Shown here: positions 61,461-64,000 of the stretch, piece after piece | Numbering within the stretch: position 1 is the first letter of the stretch | How the letters are laid out: each line of letters opens with the position of its first letter | Origin: Nitrosopumilus sp. | GTDB taxonomy: Archaea > Thermoproteota > Nitrososphaeria > Nitrososphaerales > Nitrosopumilaceae | Assembly (NCBI GenBank): GCA_965205425.1 | Contig: CBDBGZ010000009.1 | Location: forward strand, 448,001 to 512,000 | Direction: 5' to 3' | DNA: 64,000 bases | Translations under genes and position numbers: made by a program | The notes under the pieces: model-generated | Seen by the model: the letters and a program-made list of their open reading frames with translations, nothing else | Database searches by the model: none | Told to the model about the DNA's origin: nothing

Positions 61461-64000
61461 TCATTTAGGAGGTTTTTGTCTGATGATAAAAATGAAGACA
61501 ATTCCGATCGCAATTCCAATGATTATTCCAATTCCCATACCAAGATTGAATGTAAAATCAGTAAGTGAATTTACAGAACCATTTGATTGATTAATTGTTT
61601 CAGTTTTAGTTTCAGAATTGTCTGAAACATGTGAAATTGGTTCAATCTCCATAGATTGCTTTTCAATTTTTTCAATCATTTCTGGAGAAATGTTTGTAAA
61701 CTTTGCGGAAAGTGTAATCGGTTCAGTAGTTGAAGAACCTCCAAATAAAGTTGAATGTGTTAAAAGGGTGTATGTTCCAGTTTGATTAATTGGAACATAG
61801 AGTACAGTTGATGTATCATCCTTATTTTTTACTGGGAAAAATCCACCACCTTGACTAAAAATAGAATTTCCAAGCCAATCAAGTGAAGCCCATCCTAGAA
61901 AATGACCAAAGATTCCTGAGGGAACATTAGTTTGTACTATTTGTCCAGATGGATCCATTACAAATATAGACAGATTAGTATCATCACTATTCCAAGATAA
62001 TTCTATTGCGGCAGAATTGATGGATTCATTTTGAATATCAAAATAATATTGGCGCCAATCACCAGCCATATATCGGTTAACCATATCAAATGCACCTTTT
62101 GTGTATCCATTTCCATAAAGAATATCATCAGTTTGTATTCCTTTAATCAAAATGGTAGAATCATCTTCAACTATTTGTTGTTTGATTACAAAAGATACTG
62201 GAGCATTAACTGTATGTATATCACTTTCAAAAGTTAAAAATCCTTGATATACACCTGTTTGATAATCATTTGGAGTTACTAATGTTACATCAACTGTAGA
62301 TGATTTTTTTGGAGGAACATAGATTGTTTCAGATTCTAACCATAGTAAAGGCCATTTGTCTTTCTCATAGTAGCTAGCAGAAATTGTATAGTCCATTGAA
62401 GTTGAATTTTGTTTTGTATCACCTAACCAATAAGAAAATTTTGTTGGTACTGGATATACACCAACCAAAGGAATACCTTCAAATTTTTCAGCAGGTTCTG
62501 AAACCCTTAATTCTTGAACAGTTCCCCATGAACCAGCTCTATTTACCATAGATAATTCATCACTAGCAATTTTTGTGTCATTATCATTGTCAATCCAATC
62601 ATATAGATACAAAGATGAAATTTGAAGATCATCTGCATAAACATCAGAAGTGTTATTCATGAAATTATCAAATAGAAAATTCACGTTGAGTATCATTAAT
62701 GATGATTCCTCAGGTATAGGATTTTTGTCATTGAAAAATTTCCCAAGATCATTTTCGTTTCCTAATTCAGACAATTTCACATAGTTTGGAATAAAAGTAT
62801 CAGTTTTGTTTAAAATAGAATCTTGTTGTCGAACAATTGTTGTTCCATTAAATTGAGTTTTTGTAATTAATGACAAAGTTTGTGGTGTTACATCAATCGT
62901 AAGAGTGTCATTAGTTGGATTTTCAATTGTAAAAGTTGTTGTAGTTCTATCTCCAGGAAGTAATTGTCCTCCAAACCAGCTAGTCATAGGAAATGAGTGT
63001 GTAGGTAGTTGAAAATTCTCAAATCCAACGGATGTGGAATTGAATTGTTCAATGGCAGGATCAAGAATTTTTTTGATATTATTATATGACTCATCATTAT
63101 GTACTATGAAAACTCCGTTTTCACCATGAACATAATCTAAAGCTGATTCAATGTTTGCTAAACCAGAACCCTGAGTGAATGGATCATTATTTAGATCAGT
63201 TGCAGTTGACATTAAGATATTTTTAATAGAAAATGAATCATATTCTTGAGATTGTTTTTTCATTTCTTCAATTAACACTGCTGCGCTACCAGAAACTATA
63301 GGTGCTGCCATACTTGTTCCGCCAAACAATGTAAAGGATTCATCTTTAGAATCTTTTTGAGTTTTTAAAACATTTGAAGGTGTAAATCCGTGAGCTCCAA
63401 TACTCATAACATCAGGTTTAGGATCTCCAATGGAACTAGGTCCTCTACTAGAAAAATCAACTACATGATTATAATGGGTAATTGTATTTCCAAACCTGGG
63501 TTGATCTTTGAATGAACCATACCCAACAAAAACATTATTTGTTGTAGCGCCAACAGAGATTCCAAAAGGAGAAGCATTTGGTAATCCAATTGTTCCATAT
63601 CCATGACCAGAATTTCCAGCACTAGAAATTATTGTCACACCTGGATAATCATCATCTAATGAATTTGGTGTTGACAAAACACTAAGAACTAATGATAACA
63701 CATCTAATCCCGGTGATGCTTTAAATGAAGGGAAATTTGAAACCCCCCAACTATTAGAAATTATATCAACACGAGGTTTACCAGAAAATTTCCATTCGTG
63801 ATCTTGATTTTCAAATCCTGCAGACCATAGCCATCCATAAACGGTATCACCAAACCACAATGCCTTTACTGGAATGATTTTAGCATCAGGAGCTACACCA
63901 GTTATGAAATGTTTTTTTGAATCATTGTAAATATCGTAAGGTACATGCCCACGAGAAGTAATTGATGCAGCACTAGAAGTACCATGTCCCATAAAATCAG
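61461..64000 (-). CDS. S8 subtilisin-like serine peptidase, membrane-anchored; N-terminus beyond the window
   Basis: GHGTSSA, SAGNSG, KPDV, GGTSMAAP; C-terminal TM helix. Confidence 0.92.
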   Translation of the reverse strand, partial: DFMGHGTSSAASITSRGHVPYDIYNDSKKHFITGVAPDAKIIPVKALWFGDTVYGWLWSAGFENQDHEWKFSGKPRVDIISNSWGVSNFPSFKASPGLDVLSLVLSVLSTPNSLDDDYPGVTIISSAGNSGHGYGTIGLPNASPFGISVGATTNNVFVGYGSFKDQPRFGNTITHYNHVVDFSSRGPSSIGDPKPDVMSIGAHGFTPSNVLKTQKDSKDESFTLFGGTSMAAPIVSGSAAVLIEEMKKQSQEYDSFSIKNILMSTATDLNNDPFTQGSGLANIESALDYVHGENGVFIVHNDESYNNIKKILDPAIEQFNSTSVGFENFQLPTHSFPMTSWFGGQLLPGDRTTTTFTIENPTNDTLTIDVTPQTLSLITKTQFNGTTIVRQQDSILNKTDTFIPNYVKLSELGNENDLGKFFNDKNPIPEESSLMILNVNFLFDNFMNNTSDVYADDLQISSLYLYDWIDNDNDTKIASDELSMVNRAGSWGTVQELRVSEPAEKFEGIPLVGVYPVPTKFSYWLGDTKQNSTSMDYTISASYYEKDKWPLLWLESETIYVPPKKSSTVDVTLVTPNDYQTGVYQGFLTFESDIHTVNAPVSFVIKQQIVEDDSTILIKGIQTDDILYGNGYTKGAFDMVNRYMAGDWRQYYFDIQNESINSAAIELSWNSDDTNLSIFVMDPSGQIVQTNVPSGIFGHFLGWASLDWLGNSIFSQGGGFFPVKNKDDTSTVLYVPINQTGTYTLLTHSTLFGGSSTTEPITLSAKFTNISPEMIEKIEKQSMEIEPISHVSDNSETKTETINQSNGSVNSLTDFTFNLGMGIGIIIGIAIGIVFIFIIRQKPPK

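Noticed and set aside
546..62237. Numerous short antisense or nested ORFs in the six-frame track (e.g. 1898-2197, 18544-18999, 25968-26327, 33967-34242)
   Set aside because: Shadows of well-supported genes on the other strand or frame, with no recognisable motifs.

Overview
AT-rich archaeal DNA that gene content places in an ammonia-oxidising Nitrosopumilus-like thaumarchaeote: an 11-subunit nuoABCDHIJKMLN complex I, acetyl/propionyl-CoA carboxylase of the 3HP/4HB cycle, a Rieske-cytochrome b-cupredoxin complex III, KEOPS/Taw1/TgtA tRNA-modification genes, and three tandem thrombospondin-type-3 repeat proteins. The window carries about ten IS elements or remnants from six families (IS481, ISH3, IS630, IS5, IS66, IS110), most with resolvable inverted repeats and target duplications. 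The first ~9.8 kb is an accessory island at the 3' end of a tRNA(CAU). It holds an RNase J-like MBL hydrolase split by two ISs, a small protein, a YhaM-like OB-HD nuclease, and a compact non-coding cluster. That cluster comprises a 26-bp perfect palindrome, a long hairpin, and a non-canonical tRNA-like gene whose anticodon arm is copied exactly just upstream of it; this is the best candidate for an undescribed system. Also notable are an IS110 element whose downstream non-coding region has bridge/seekRNA-like matches to its own ends, and a HemA homologue lacking the catalytic Cys. All calls come from manual reading and motif recognition; no database searches were run.
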